Notes under the pieces: generated by a model
The model's database searches: none
Told to the model about the DNA's origin: nothing
What the model saw: only the letters and a program-made list of their open reading frames with translations
Origin: Qipengyuania sp.
Lineage (GTDB): Bacteria; Pseudomonadota; Alphaproteobacteria; Sphingomonadales; Sphingomonadaceae
Length of the DNA: 64,000 bases
Direction: 5' to 3'
Assembly: GCA_019745075.1 (NCBI GenBank)
Contig: JAIETR010000008.1
Span: 2,063 to 66,062, forward strand
Position numbers and translations under genes: made by a program
In this document: in pieces, positions 1-9,524 of the stretch
How positions within the stretch are numbered: the stretch's first letter is position 1
Layout: each line of letters starts with the position of its first letter

Positions 1-195
<195 letters not shown>

Positions 196-212
196 CCGCC
201 GAGGACTTGGGT

Positions 213-1118
213 ATGGCGCCAAGCGCGCAGCGCCACGCGGGATTTTCGAAGCGGGCGCAGTACACGCTGTTCACCGGCTATATCGCCGCCGGGCTGGGGA
301 CGCTGCTCGGTGCGATCCTGCTCGGCGTGTCGCTGTGGCAGCCGCGGTTCCTCTCCGGCCTGCGCGGCGGCGCGCAGGATGTGGTCGCGCCCGCCACCGG
401 CGCCGCCGCCACCGCCCGCACCGAGAGCAAGGGGCTCATCTCCACCATTCGCGGCTATCTTCGCGCCGGCTCGCAGAATGCCGCGCTCAAGCGCGAGGTC
501 GAGATCGCGCGCATCCGGCTGAAGGAGGCCGAGGCGGTGCGGCAGGAGAATGCCCGGCTCAAGGCGCTGCTCGCCATCCGCGACGGCGAGGTCAAGCCGG
601 TCGCGGTCGCGCGGCTGGTGGGCTCGACCGCCGCGAGTACACGCCGCTTCGCCTATCTCGGCGCGGGCAGCGCGCAAGGAGTCGCGGTGGGCATGCCGGT
701 GGTCAGCCCCCGCGGAGTCGTCGGGCGCATTCTGGAGGTCGGGCGCAATTCCTCGCGCGTGCTGCTTATTCTCGACAGCGAGAGCGTGCTGCCGGTGCGC
801 CGGTCGGGCGACGAGCTCGTCGCCTTCGCCGAAGGCCGGGGAGACAGCCTGCTTCGCATCAAGCTCATCAACCTCGGCCTCAACCCGCTCAAACTGGGCG
901 ATTTGTTTCTGACCAGCGGAGCGGGCGGATATTATCGGCCCGGCACCGCGGTCGCGATCCTCACTCACAAGAGCGCCGACGGGGGCCTCGCGCGGATCGT
1001 CAGCGACCCCGCCGCGACCGATTTCGTCGCGGTGATGCCGATCTTCGAACCCGAGGCGGTCGAAGTCGCCGACACGCCCATCGAGCGGGCCGTCGGCGAA
1101 ACCGGTGAGCGGCGCTAG
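213..1118 (+). CDS. mreC: Rod shape-determining protein MreC
   Basis: ORF 207..1118. N-terminal TM segment, a coiled-coil-like stretch (LKREVEIARIRLKEAEAVRQENARLKALL) and a beta-rich C-terminus. ATG at 213 follows GAGGAC; conserved position after mreB. Confidence 0.85.
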   Translation: MAPSAQRHAGFSKRAQYTLFTGYIAAGLGTLLGAILLGVSLWQPRFLSGLRGGAQDVVAPATGAAATARTESKGLISTIRGYLRAGSQNAALKREVEIARIRLKEAEAVRQENARLKALLAIRDGEVKPVAVARLVGSTAASTRRFAYLGAGSAQGVAVGMPVVSPRGVVGRILEVGRNSSRVLLILDSESVLPVRRSGDELVAFAEGRGDSLLRIKLINLGLNPLKLGDLFLTSGAGGYYRPGTAVAILTHKSADGGLARIVSDPAATDFVAVMPIFEPEAVEVADTPIERAVGETGERR

Positions 1119-1673
1119 ATGGAACGCTACGCCCCGCGCGCGCGCAGCGATGCCTATGGCCGGCGCATCAATCGCGCGCATTCGCCGCTGGTCGCACTCG
1201 CGCTGCCATGGCTCTCGATCCTGCTCGGCTCGCTGCTGCCGATGTTTTTCATCGCGACCGCTCTGCCGCTGATTCCGCCGACCGGCTTCCTGACGCTGCT
1301 CGCCTGGCGGCTGGTGCGGCCGGGTCTGCTGCCGGTTTGGGCGGGGGCTCCGCTGGGCCTGTTCGACGATCTGTTCAGCGGCCAGCCACTGGGCAGCGGG
1401 GTATTGCTGTGGTCGCTGACGATGATCGCCATCGAACTTCTCGACCGCCGCCTGCCGTGGCGCAGCTTTGCGCAGGACTGGATCGCCGCGACGCTCTCGC
1501 TGCTCGGCTATCTGCTGGCTGCATTCCTCGTCTCCGGGGCAACCGCGACCGCTCCCGCGCTGGTCGCGCTCGGGCCGCAGGCGCTGCTGTCGGCGCTGCT
1601 GTTCCCCGCCGCCGCCCGGCTGGTCGCCACGCTCGATCGGCTGCGACTCACGCGCTACCGGGTCACGGCATGA
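1119..1673 (+). CDS. mreD: Rod shape-determining protein MreD (polytopic membrane protein)
   Basis: 184-aa hydrophobic ORF between mreC and PBP2; its stop overlaps the mrdA ATG (ATGA at 1670-1673). Confidence 0.75.
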   Translation: MERYAPRARSDAYGRRINRAHSPLVALALPWLSILLGSLLPMFFIATALPLIPPTGFLTLLAWRLVRPGLLPVWAGAPLGLFDDLFSGQPLGSGVLLWSLTMIAIELLDRRLPWRSFAQDWIAATLSLLGYLLAAFLVSGATATAPALVALGPQALLSALLFPAAARLVATLDRLRLTRYRVTA

Positions 1674-3778
1674 GGCTGGGCCGCGCCCGCCGCGCCAGGC
1701 GCCGCCCCTTCGTCAGCGCGACGACGCTCGACAGCGCGTTCTCGCGCCGCAGCTTCGCCATCGGAACGGCGATGGGCGGGATCGGCGCGCTGCTGGCCGG
1801 TCGCCTCGCCTGGTTGTCGATCGCGCAGAACGAGAAGTACCAGCTCGAATCCGAAAGCAACCGGGTCAATCTGTCGCTGATCCCGCCCCGCCGCGGCTGG
1901 ATTCTCGACCGCGACGGCGCGCCGCTCGCCTCCAACCGCGCCGATTTCCGCGTCGATGTGGTGCCCGAGCGGATGGCCGATGCGCAGGCCACGGTGGCGA
2001 AGCTCGGCGAAATCCTCGCGCTCGCGCCCGACGTTCTCGCCGATGTCCAGAAGCGGGTTGCCGGGGCGGTGGGCAATCAGCCCGTGGAAGTCGCGACCGG
2101 GCTGGATTACGAGCAGTTCGCGGCGATCAGCGTGCGCCTGCCCGACATGCACGGGGTCATCCCGCAGCGCGGCTTCTCGCGCTTCTATCCCACCGGGCCG
2201 AGCGTCGGCCATCTGATCGGCTATGTCGGCCCCGCCAATGCCGAGGAATACGCCCGCGACAAGAACCCGCTGCTGATCACGCCCGGCTACAAGATCGGCA
2301 AGGACGGACTGGAGAAGCAATTCGAGCGGCGCCTGCGGGGCGTGCCTGGCGCGCGGCGGGTCGAAGTCACCGCCGCGGGCCGGATCGTGCGCGAGCTCGA
2401 AACCCGCGAGGATGTTCAGGGCAAGCCGATCCAGCTCACCATCGACGGCCCTTTGCAGGACTATGCCGCGCGCCGCATCGGGCTCGAGAGCGGCTCTGTG
2501 GTGATGCTCGACTGCGAGACCGGCGAGATGCTGTGCATGGCCTCGATGCCCAGCTTCGATCCGAACAGCTTTTCGGCCGGGATCGGCAGCGTCGAATACG
2601 CCATGCTGCGCGACGACGAGCGCGTGCCGCTGCGCAACAAGATCCTCAAGGGGCTCTATCCGCCCGGCTCGACCGTGAAGCCGATGGTCTCGATGGCGTT
2701 CCTCAAGGAAGGTCTCGACCCGAAGCAAACGGTGTTCTGCGGCGGCGGGCTGAGGGTCGGCAATCGCGTGTTCCGGTGCTGGAAGCGCGGCGGTCACGGC
2801 ACGGTGGACATGGCCAAGGGCATCTACCAGTCCTGCGACGTCTATTTCTATCACTTCGCGCAGGCGATCGGCATGGACCCGATCGCCGCGATGGCGCGGC
2901 GCTGCGGCATGGGTCAGACCTTCGACCTGCCGGTCGCCAGCCAGTTCTTCGGCACCGTGCCCGACCCGGCGTGGAAGCTGAAGAAATACGATCGGCCCTG
3001 GGCCTCGTTCGACACCGTCAACGCCACCATCGGCCAGGGCTACATGCTCGCCAATCCGCTCCAGCTCGCGGTGATGGCGGCGCGCATCGCGACGGGCCGA
3101 CACGTCGAGCCGAAGCTGGTCAAGAGCGGCAAGCGCGCACCCTTCGCCGCCGCGGATTTCTCGCCCGAGCATGTCGCCCTGGTGCGCCAGGCGATGAGCG
3201 ATGTGGTCAATGGCCCCGGTACCGCGGGTCGAGCGAAGCTGCCTGTCCCGGAAGTTCTCATGGCGGGCAAAACCGGCACCGCGCAGGTCGTCGGTCTCAA
3301 TCTCTCGGACGGCAAATCGGGCCCGTGGAAATACCGCGACCACGGGCTGTTCATCTTCTTCGCGCCCTTCGACCGGCCGAAATACGCCGGCGCGGTCGTG
3401 ATCGAGCACGGCGGCGGCTCGGGCGCCGCCTATCCGATCGCGCGCGACGTGATGACCTTCCTGTTCGATCCGGCCAAGGCGTTGGACGCGCTGCGCGGCT
3501 TCGAGGAAGGCTGGGGCGGGACCGCGCAGCAGCGGCTGGCGACGAAATACGCCGCCTATGCCGCGGCGGCGGGCATCGAGGCGGCCCCACTGCCCCGCAG
3601 CGAGGCCGACATCTTCGCGCGCGTCGATGCCGAGGCGCGCGTCCAGGCCAACCGGACCGAGCAGCAGGGCGGGCGCACCTTCGAACCGCGACCGGAGGCC
3701 AATCCGGTCTCGACGGGCACGATTCCGGGCGCGGCGCCCACCGTGCCCGCGGCGGGCGCGGGCGGGAACGCGATGTGA
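1670..3778 (+). CDS. mrdA: Penicillin-binding protein 2 (elongasome transpeptidase)
   Basis: In-frame part of ORF 1208..3778 starting MRLGRARRARRRPF. Contains the transpeptidase motifs STVKP and KTGTA; has a proline/alanine-rich C-terminal tail. Confidence 0.9.
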   Translation: MRLGRARRARRRPFVSATTLDSAFSRRSFAIGTAMGGIGALLAGRLAWLSIAQNEKYQLESESNRVNLSLIPPRRGWILDRDGAPLASNRADFRVDVVPERMADAQATVAKLGEILALAPDVLADVQKRVAGAVGNQPVEVATGLDYEQFAAISVRLPDMHGVIPQRGFSRFYPTGPSVGHLIGYVGPANAEEYARDKNPLLITPGYKIGKDGLEKQFERRLRGVPGARRVEVTAAGRIVRELETREDVQGKPIQLTIDGPLQDYAARRIGLESGSVVMLDCETGEMLCMASMPSFDPNSFSAGIGSVEYAMLRDDERVPLRNKILKGLYPPGSTVKPMVSMAFLKEGLDPKQTVFCGGGLRVGNRVFRCWKRGGHGTVDMAKGIYQSCDVYFYHFAQAIGMDPIAAMARRCGMGQTFDLPVASQFFGTVPDPAWKLKKYDRPWASFDTVNATIGQGYMLANPLQLAVMAARIATGRHVEPKLVKSGKRAPFAAADFSPEHVALVRQAMSDVVNGPGTAGRAKLPVPEVLMAGKTGTAQVVGLNLSDGKSGPWKYRDHGLFIFFAPFDRPKYAGAVVIEHGGGSGAAYPIARDVMTFLFDPAKALDALRGFEEGWGGTAQQRLATKYAAYAAAAGIEAAPLPRSEADIFARVDAEARVQANRTEQQGGRTFEPRPEANPVSTGTIPGAAPTVPAAGAGGNAM

Positions 3779-4890
3779 GTATCGTCCCCGCCCCGGTGGC
3801 CCGCCAGCCCTGGCGCATGCTGATCCCGCTGATCGCGCTGGTGATCTTTGGCGCCCTGGTGCTCTATTCCGCTGGGGCCGGCGACTGGAATCGCTACGCC
3901 ACCTCGCATCTGATCCGCTTCGGCGTGTTCCTGGTCATGGCCGCGATCATGACGCAGCTGCGCCGCGAGTTCGTCCAGTTCATGGCCTATCCCGCCTATG
4001 TCGTCGTGCTGATCATGCTGATCGCGGTGGAGGCGATCGGGTTCGTCGGCGGCGGCGCCCAGCGCTGGCTCGATCTCGGCTTCATCCAGCTCCAGCCCTC
4101 GGAACTGATGAAGCCGGCGATCGTGCTGGTGCTCGCGCGCTTTTACGGCGCCCTGCCCCACGGCCTGATCCCGACCTGGCGCGCGCTGGTGCCGGCCGGC
4201 GCCATCGTCGCCTTCCCGATGGCGCTGGTGCTGCTCCAGCCCGACCTCGGCACCGCGCTGGCGATCGGCTTCGGTGGGGTGACCGTTATGTTCCTTGCCG
4301 GCCTGCCGCTGACCTGGTTCGTCGGCGCCGGCGCCGCGGCGGCGGTGATCGCCCCGCTCGCCTTTTTCTTCGGCCTCCACGAATATCAGCAGAAGCGCGT
4401 GTTCGTGTTCCTCGATCCCGAAAGCGATCCGCTGGGCGATGGCTATCACATCACCCAGTCCAAGATCGCGATCGGCTCGGGGGGCGGGTTCGGCAAGGGC
4501 TTCGGCGAAGGCACGCAAAGCCACCTCAGCTATCTCCCCGAACCGCACACCGACTTCGTCTTCGCCACCATGGCCGAGGAATGGGGCTTCGCGGGCGGGC
4601 TGTTCGTGCTGTTCGTGTTCGCGATGGTGCTGTCATGGGGCCTATCGGTGGCGCGGCGCTCGAAGGATCGCTTCGCCAAGCTGCTGGCGGCGGGGATGAC
4701 CGCGACGATCTTCTTCTATGTGGCGATCAACCTGATGATGGTGATGGGCCTTGCCCCGGTGGTGGGCATCCCCCTGCCCTTCCTAAGCCACGGCGGCAGC
4801 TCGATGATGACCAACATGATCTGCGTCGGCACGCTGATGATGGTGAACGTCTGGAACCGCCGGGCGCCGCGCGGCGGGCTGACGGCGTGA
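3775..4890 (+). CDS. rodA: SEDS-family peptidoglycan glycosyltransferase RodA
   Basis: C-terminal 371 aa of ORF 1468..4890. GTG at 3775 overlaps the mrdA stop. Multi-TM protein with a conserved SEDS C-terminus (PLPFLSHGGSSMMTNMI). Confidence 0.9.
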   Translation: MSIVPAPVARQPWRMLIPLIALVIFGALVLYSAGAGDWNRYATSHLIRFGVFLVMAAIMTQLRREFVQFMAYPAYVVVLIMLIAVEAIGFVGGGAQRWLDLGFIQLQPSELMKPAIVLVLARFYGALPHGLIPTWRALVPAGAIVAFPMALVLLQPDLGTALAIGFGGVTVMFLAGLPLTWFVGAGAAAAVIAPLAFFFGLHEYQQKRVFVFLDPESDPLGDGYHITQSKIAIGSGGGFGKGFGEGTQSHLSYLPEPHTDFVFATMAEEWGFAGGLFVLFVFAMVLSWGLSVARRSKDRFAKLLAAGMTATIFFYVAINLMMVMGLAPVVGIPLPFLSHGGSSMMTNMICVGTLMMVNVWNRRAPRGGLTA

Positions 4891-4989
4891 CGACGCAGCC
4901 ACCCCTTCCATTCCCGCAAGGCCCCGCTATATGCGGCGCCTTCCCCGATTCGAGCCGACGGTTCTTTTCGGATGCCGCAAGCCGGCAGT

Positions 4990-5065
<76 letters not shown>

Positions 5066-5119
5066 TTTTCTTCCCAACCATTTGCCCGCGCAAGAATCCT
5101 GCTCGGACGGGGCAATGGC

Positions 5120-5608
5120 CTACGTTCCCACGCCGGACATCGGAGGCTTCGCGGCGGGGGCGATGACGGAGACCTCGACTCGCTGCTCGCCGGCCTTTTC
5201 GAACGTTAGGACCAGCGGGAAGGTCTCTCCGGTCCGGAGGGGCCGCTTCAGATCGGCGAGCCAGACGTGCAGCCCGCTCGCGTTCAGGCTGACCGGAGCA
5301 TCCGCCGGAAGGTCGATGGCGGCCAGATAGGCCATGCCCATCGCGCCGTCGCTGGCTTCCATCGTCATGAGATCGGTTTCCTTCGCGATGGCGGCCGAGG
5401 CGCCGAGCAGCCGATCCGCTCTCGGCGAGGTTATGGTCATGAAAACCGCCGCGCTGGCCGTCCGGCCGACGCTGTCGCGCGCCCATGCGTCCGCGACCTC
5501 GACCTCGCCCCGCTGCGCGCAAGCCATCAGCGGAAGCACGAAAACGAGCGCTGCCCACAATCTCACGACAAAAACCCCCCGCCATTTCACAGCCTCGTTT
5601 CGGCTCAT
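5120..5608 (-). CDS. Periplasmic copper chaperone PCu(A)C (DUF461)-like protein
   Basis: C-terminal 162 aa of ORF 5120..5896, starting MSRNEAVKW. Signal peptide ending in PLMACA, Met/His-rich core (MTMEASDGAMGMAY ... LHVWL). Divergent from an operon containing SCO1. Confidence 0.7.
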   Translation of the reverse strand: MSRNEAVKWRGVFVVRLWAALVFVLPLMACAQRGEVEVADAWARDSVGRTASAAVFMTITSPRADRLLGASAAIAKETDLMTMEASDGAMGMAYLAAIDLPADAPVSLNASGLHVWLADLKRPLRTGETFPLVLTFEKAGEQRVEVSVIAPAAKPPMSGVGT

Positions 5609-5678
5609 CGACAGATCGGTCTTGGACTGCAATAGCGAATGCGGGGCGAGGGGCCCCGGTGGTAGCGCTAACGCGACG

Positions 5679-6761
5679 ATGGCAGACGGATCTTCCTCCG
5701 ATTCACCCGATGTCGGCCCCGATCGCAAGGTCGATCGGCGGCTGCTGCTGCGCGGTGCGCTGGCGACCGGCGCGCTCGCCGCCGCCGCGCTGCCGGTGCG
5801 CCGCCTGCTGACGGCGCGCGACGCGGTCGATCCGGTAGCTGTCGGAGGGCTGGCGGTGACCTGCAATCTCACGCTGCCGGTCGCCTGCGCGGCCAACGAG
5901 GCGGCGAACCCCTTCGGAACCCGCGACGCGGCGCGGCTGGCGTTCGGCTTCAGCCGCTACAATGGCTGGCCGGAGCTGAAGGAATCGCTGATGTCGGGCG
6001 ATGTCCAGGCGGCCTATATGCTGGCGCCGCTGGTGATGGACCTTGCCGACAAGGACGTCCCGGTGAAGATCGTCTCGATCGGACACCGCTCGGGCGCGGT
6101 GATCATGGTTCACGCCGATTCCCCCTATCGCCGGTTCCGCGATCTCGCCGGCAAGCGGATCGCGATCCCCAGCCGGTTCGCGGTCGACTTCCTGTTCCTG
6201 CGCAAGATGCTGGCGAACGAACGGATGACGGTCGACGATGTCGAGGTGGTCGAAATGGCGCCCGCGGACATGCCCGCGGCGCTCTATGTGAAGGGGATCG
6301 ACGCCTACTGCACGGGCGAGCCCTTCGGCGCGGCGGCGCAGAGCGCCGGCTATGCGCGCGTGCTGCGGATGACCCGCGACGAGTGGCCGCGCTACATGTG
6401 CTGTGTGCTGACGGTGCGCGAGGAGCTGATCGGTGCCAACCGGCCGCTGGTGCAGAACATGGTCAATTACGTGCTGGCCGCCGGGCGGTGGCTCGACGGG
6501 CAACGCCAGAACCGCGAGAAGGCGGTCGCGATCGCCGCCCAGCCGCGCTTCTTCAACCAGGACCCCGAAATCCTCCGCTTCGTGATGAACAACCCGTCCG
6601 ACCGCGTCACCTATGGCGATCTGCGCATGATCCCGCGCGAGTTCGAGGAGCTGATGGAGCTCGCGGTCGCGGCGGGGGCGCTGACCCGCCCGGTCCCCTA
6701 CACCAAATATGTCGATGAGAGCTTCGCGCGTGCCGCTCGGCCGGCGTCGATCGCGCTGTGA
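5679..6761 (+). CDS. ABC transporter substrate-binding protein, NitT/TauT (nitrate/sulfonate/bicarbonate) family, Tat-type signal
   Basis: In-frame ATG 5679 (MADGSS...). Twin-arginine motif DRRLLLRGALATGALAAAAL and an NMT1/NrtA-like body. Same operon as a permease and ATPase of that family. Confidence 0.75.
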   Translation: MADGSSSDSPDVGPDRKVDRRLLLRGALATGALAAAALPVRRLLTARDAVDPVAVGGLAVTCNLTLPVACAANEAANPFGTRDAARLAFGFSRYNGWPELKESLMSGDVQAAYMLAPLVMDLADKDVPVKIVSIGHRSGAVIMVHADSPYRRFRDLAGKRIAIPSRFAVDFLFLRKMLANERMTVDDVEVVEMAPADMPAALYVKGIDAYCTGEPFGAAAQSAGYARVLRMTRDEWPRYMCCVLTVREELIGANRPLVQNMVNYVLAAGRWLDGQRQNREKAVAIAAQPRFFNQDPEILRFVMNNPSDRVTYGDLRMIPREFEELMELAVAAGALTRPVPYTKYVDESFARAARPASIAL

Positions 6762-7369
6762 GCGGCACGCGGGTCGCGAGCCTGGCCGCGGCATTGCTGG
6801 CGATGGTGCCGATCGCCGGCGCCGCGGTGCTATACTCGGCCCGGGGGCCTGCCCGGACGGACGGACTACGCGCCGGAGAATACGATCCGCCGCGAGCCGC
6901 GCCCGAATTCTCGCTCGCCGGTTCGGACGGGAGGCCGGTGACACTGTCGCGCTATCGCGGCAAGATCGTGCTGCTGACCTTTGGCTTCACCTATTGCGCC
7001 GCGGTATGCCCGACCACGCTGGCGACGCTGGCCCAGGCGCGCAGCCGGCTCGGCAAGCGCGCGGATGCGGTGCAGGTCGTCTTCGTGACGGTCGATCCCG
7101 AGCGCGACGATGCCGCGCAGATGCGGAGCTACCTCGCCGCGTTCGACACCGGCTTCGTCGGCGCGACCGGCGATCCGAAGGCGCTCGCGGCGGCGCGCGC
7201 GGGCTATGGCGTCACCGCTGTCAGGGAAGGCACGGGCCCCGACTATGCGATGGTCCACACCTCGTCGATCTTCCTGATCGACCGGGCGGGAAGGTTGCGG
7301 GCGATGATGCCCTTCGGGCGCGACGCCGAAGACTTCGCGCACGACATCGGCGTCCTGCTGGAAGCGTAG
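6758..7369 (+). CDS. SCO1/SenC family copper-binding thioredoxin-like protein
   Basis: Motifs FGFTYCAAVCPT (CxxxC) and a downstream conserved His (MVHTS). N-terminal membrane anchor. GTG start overlaps the SBP stop. Confidence 0.85.
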   Translation: MSGTRVASLAAALLAMVPIAGAAVLYSARGPARTDGLRAGEYDPPRAAPEFSLAGSDGRPVTLSRYRGKIVLLTFGFTYCAAVCPTTLATLAQARSRLGKRADAVQVVFVTVDPERDDAAQMRSYLAAFDTGFVGATGDPKALAAARAGYGVTAVREGTGPDYAMVHTSSIFLIDRAGRLRAMMPFGRDAEDFAHDIGVLLEA

Positions 7370-7377
7370 GGCCCACG

Positions 7378-7815
7378 ATGCCCACGCCCCGGAGCAAAGC
7401 CCCGATGCAGCGCGTGGTCGCGGCGATGCTGGCCGCGCTCGTGTTGAGCGGCCTTGGCTGGGCGGCGTTCGCGCCGCTCGAGACCGGCTCCGGCGAGGTG
7501 CTGTTCGCGATCCCGGCCGGCACCTCGGCGCGGCGCCTGGCGGGCGAGGAGCTCGCGATCCTGCCGCGGACCATCCGGCTGGGCGTCCAGGACGTGCTGG
7601 TGCTGAGAAACGCGGACAATGCGCCGCACATCTTCGGCCCGACGCTGATCATGCCCGGCCAGACGTTCCGCCTCCCCTTCACGCGAGCGGCGACCTACAG
7701 CTTCCTGTGCACCGCCCATGCCGACGGACAGCTGAGCGTGATCGTGGAGCCCGCGCCCGCCGCGGGGTGGGAAAGATTGCGCTGGCGCTGGCGCATCCTG
7801 GCGAACCGGGGGTAA
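7378..7815 (+). CDS. Membrane-anchored cupredoxin-like protein (putative)
   Basis: In-frame part of ORF 6709..7815. N-terminal TM, then the pattern VLVLRNADNAPHIFGP...PGQTF...ATYSFLCTAHADGQLSVIV, which resembles the His...Cys-x2-His ligand pattern of a single cupredoxin domain. Confidence 0.5.
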   Translation: MPTPRSKAPMQRVVAAMLAALVLSGLGWAAFAPLETGSGEVLFAIPAGTSARRLAGEELAILPRTIRLGVQDVLVLRNADNAPHIFGPTLIMPGQTFRLPFTRAATYSFLCTAHADGQLSVIVEPAPAAGWERLRWRWRILANRG

Positions 7816-7822
7816 CGGCTCG

Positions 7823-8629
7823 TTGGCGGGCATGAACGGGGCGGATGCAGAGGGGATGATGGCGAGGATGGAAAGTCGACTGGGGCGGATCGTCCCCCCT
7901 GTGGTACTGATCGCACTCTTGATCGGCATATGGTGGATCGTCGTCGCTCGCGGCGACAATGCCATTTTCCCGACACCCGGGCAGGTCGCCACCGGGGCCT
8001 GGGCGCTCGCGCAGGACGGCACTTTGTGGGAGCATATCGAAGCCTCGCTCTTCCGCGTCGAGATCGGCTTCGGGCTGGCGCTGCTGGTCGCGGTTCCGCT
8101 GGGCCTGTGGATGGGCTGGGTCTCGAGCGCCTTCCACACGCTCAACCCGCTGTTCCAGATGCTGCGGCCGATCTCGCCCATCGCCTGGATTCCGGTCGCC
8201 ATCCTGTGGTTCGGTGTCGGCGATTTCTCGCCGATCTTCCTGATCTTCCTTTCCTCGGTGTTCCCCATGATGGTGCAGACCACCGTGGGCGTGCGCACCA
8301 TCGACCGCCGCTATTTGCGGGCGGCCGCGAACTTCGGGGTTTCGCGCTGGGTGCTGTTTCGCCGGGTGGTGATCCCCGCGGTGCTGCCGGAGATCATCGT
8401 CGGCATGCGCATCGGCCTGGGCGTGGCGTGGCTGGTGGTGGTCGCCGCCGAGATGATCGCGCTGAACTCCGGCCTGGGTTACCTGATCATCGATTCGCGT
8501 AACGCCGGCAACCGCTACGATCTGGTGATCGCGAGCATGATCATCATCGGCGTCATCGGCCTGCTTCTCGATGGGGCGACGCGCCTGCTCGAACAACTCG
8601 ACACGGTGAAGTGGCGCTATGTCCGATAA
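7823..8629 (+). CDS. ABC transporter permease (NitT/TauT family, BPD_transp_1)
   Basis: 268-aa polytopic ORF with an EAA-loop-like region (RYLRAAANFGVSRWVLFRRVVIPAVLP). Confidence 0.85.
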   Translation: MAGMNGADAEGMMARMESRLGRIVPPVVLIALLIGIWWIVVARGDNAIFPTPGQVATGAWALAQDGTLWEHIEASLFRVEIGFGLALLVAVPLGLWMGWVSSAFHTLNPLFQMLRPISPIAWIPVAILWFGVGDFSPIFLIFLSSVFPMMVQTTVGVRTIDRRYLRAAANFGVSRWVLFRRVVIPAVLPEIIVGMRIGLGVAWLVVVAAEMIALNSGLGYLIIDSRNAGNRYDLVIASMIIIGVIGLLLDGATRLLEQLDTVKWRYVR

Positions 8630-9350
8630 GCAGATCGCCGTCGAAGGCGTCAGCAAGAGCTTCGGCCACTTGCCGGTGGTCGAAAACGTCGGCTTCGAAG
8701 TCGCCGACGGCGAGTTCGTGGCGATCGTCGGCCCTTCGGGCTGCGGCAAGTCGACGCTGCTCAATCTCATCGCCGGATTCGAGCGGGCGGACCGCGGCAC
8801 GATCGGGATCGATGGCGTCGCGGTGAGCGGGCCGAGCCGGAACGGAATCATGATCTCGCAGCAGGGCTCGGTGTTCCCGTGGCTGACCGTGCGGGACAAT
8901 GTCATGTTCGGGCTGAGCGGCGCCAGCCACGTCGAGCGGACGGAGCGCGCCAACCGCTATATCCGGATGGTCGGTCTGAGCGGGTTCGAACAGGCCTATC
9001 CGCACGAGCTGTCGGGCGGCATGCTCAAGCGCGTCGAGCTCGCCCGGGCATTGGTGGTGAAGCCCGAAATCCTGTACATGGACGAACCGTTTTCGGCGCT
9101 CGACGCGCTGATGAGCCTGAGGATGCAGATGGAGCTCCGGCGCATCCTCGACGAAGAGCGACACACGGTGCTGCTGATCACCCACGATGTCGAGGAAGCC
9201 ATCCATCTTGCCGATCGCATCCTGGTGCTGTCCCCGCGCCCGGCAAGAATCCAGGCCGTTTTCGAGATCGAGCTGCCGCACCCGCGCAAGCTCTCGCATC
9301 CCGAGGCACAACGGTTGCGCGAAGTGCTGCTCAAGGAGCTCGGGCTCTGA
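8619..9350 (+). CDS. ABC transporter ATP-binding protein (NitT/TauT family)
   Basis: Walker A GPSGCGKST, signature LSGGMLKR, Walker B ILYMDEPF; overlaps the permease stop. Confidence 0.9.
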   Translation: MSDKQIAVEGVSKSFGHLPVVENVGFEVADGEFVAIVGPSGCGKSTLLNLIAGFERADRGTIGIDGVAVSGPSRNGIMISQQGSVFPWLTVRDNVMFGLSGASHVERTERANRYIRMVGLSGFEQAYPHELSGGMLKRVELARALVVKPEILYMDEPFSALDALMSLRMQMELRRILDEERHTVLLITHDVEEAIHLADRILVLSPRPARIQAVFEIELPHPRKLSHPEAQRLREVLLKELGL

Positions 9351-9490
9351 GGCGCGCCGCTTGGGGGCAGGACGCCGCTCCTCTGGCGAGGGGTGGCAAC
9401 CGCCCGCGACGTGAACCTCGCTCGGCTCGGGCGGGGCACTCATTAACCGGCTGCGGTTCAATCGAAAAAATGCAAAATGTGATCGCCGCT

Positions 9491-9518
9491 GGCGTATCAC
9501 ATTCGGGTGTGATACGCC
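9491..9518. promoter_or_regulatory. Perfect 11-6-11 palindrome GGCGTATCACA-ttcggg-TGTGATACGCC, 6 nt upstream of the ribBX ATG (operator or RBS-occluding hairpin candidate)
   Basis: Read directly from the sequence. A further AATGTGAT half-site lies at about 9476-9483. Confidence 0.4.
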
Positions 9519-9524
9519 CCCGAA

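Noticed and set aside
1208-1669. N-terminal extensions of the mrdA and rodA ORFs (1208.. and 1468..)
   Set aside because: The extensions overlap mreD and mrdA in other frames. Conserved protein sequence begins at 1670 and 3775, which are coupled to the upstream stops.
5066-5119. tRNA-Lys as an integration site for the downstream copper/ABC cluster
   Set aside because: There is no integrase, no direct repeat of the tRNA 3' end and no compositional break downstream of the tRNA.
9351-9524. FMN riboswitch expected upstream of a riboflavin gene
   Set aside because: I could not find the conserved RFN segments (e.g. GGATTCCGGTGAAATTCCGGAGCCGACGG-like) by eye here or upstream of ribH. This should be confirmed with an RF00050 scan.
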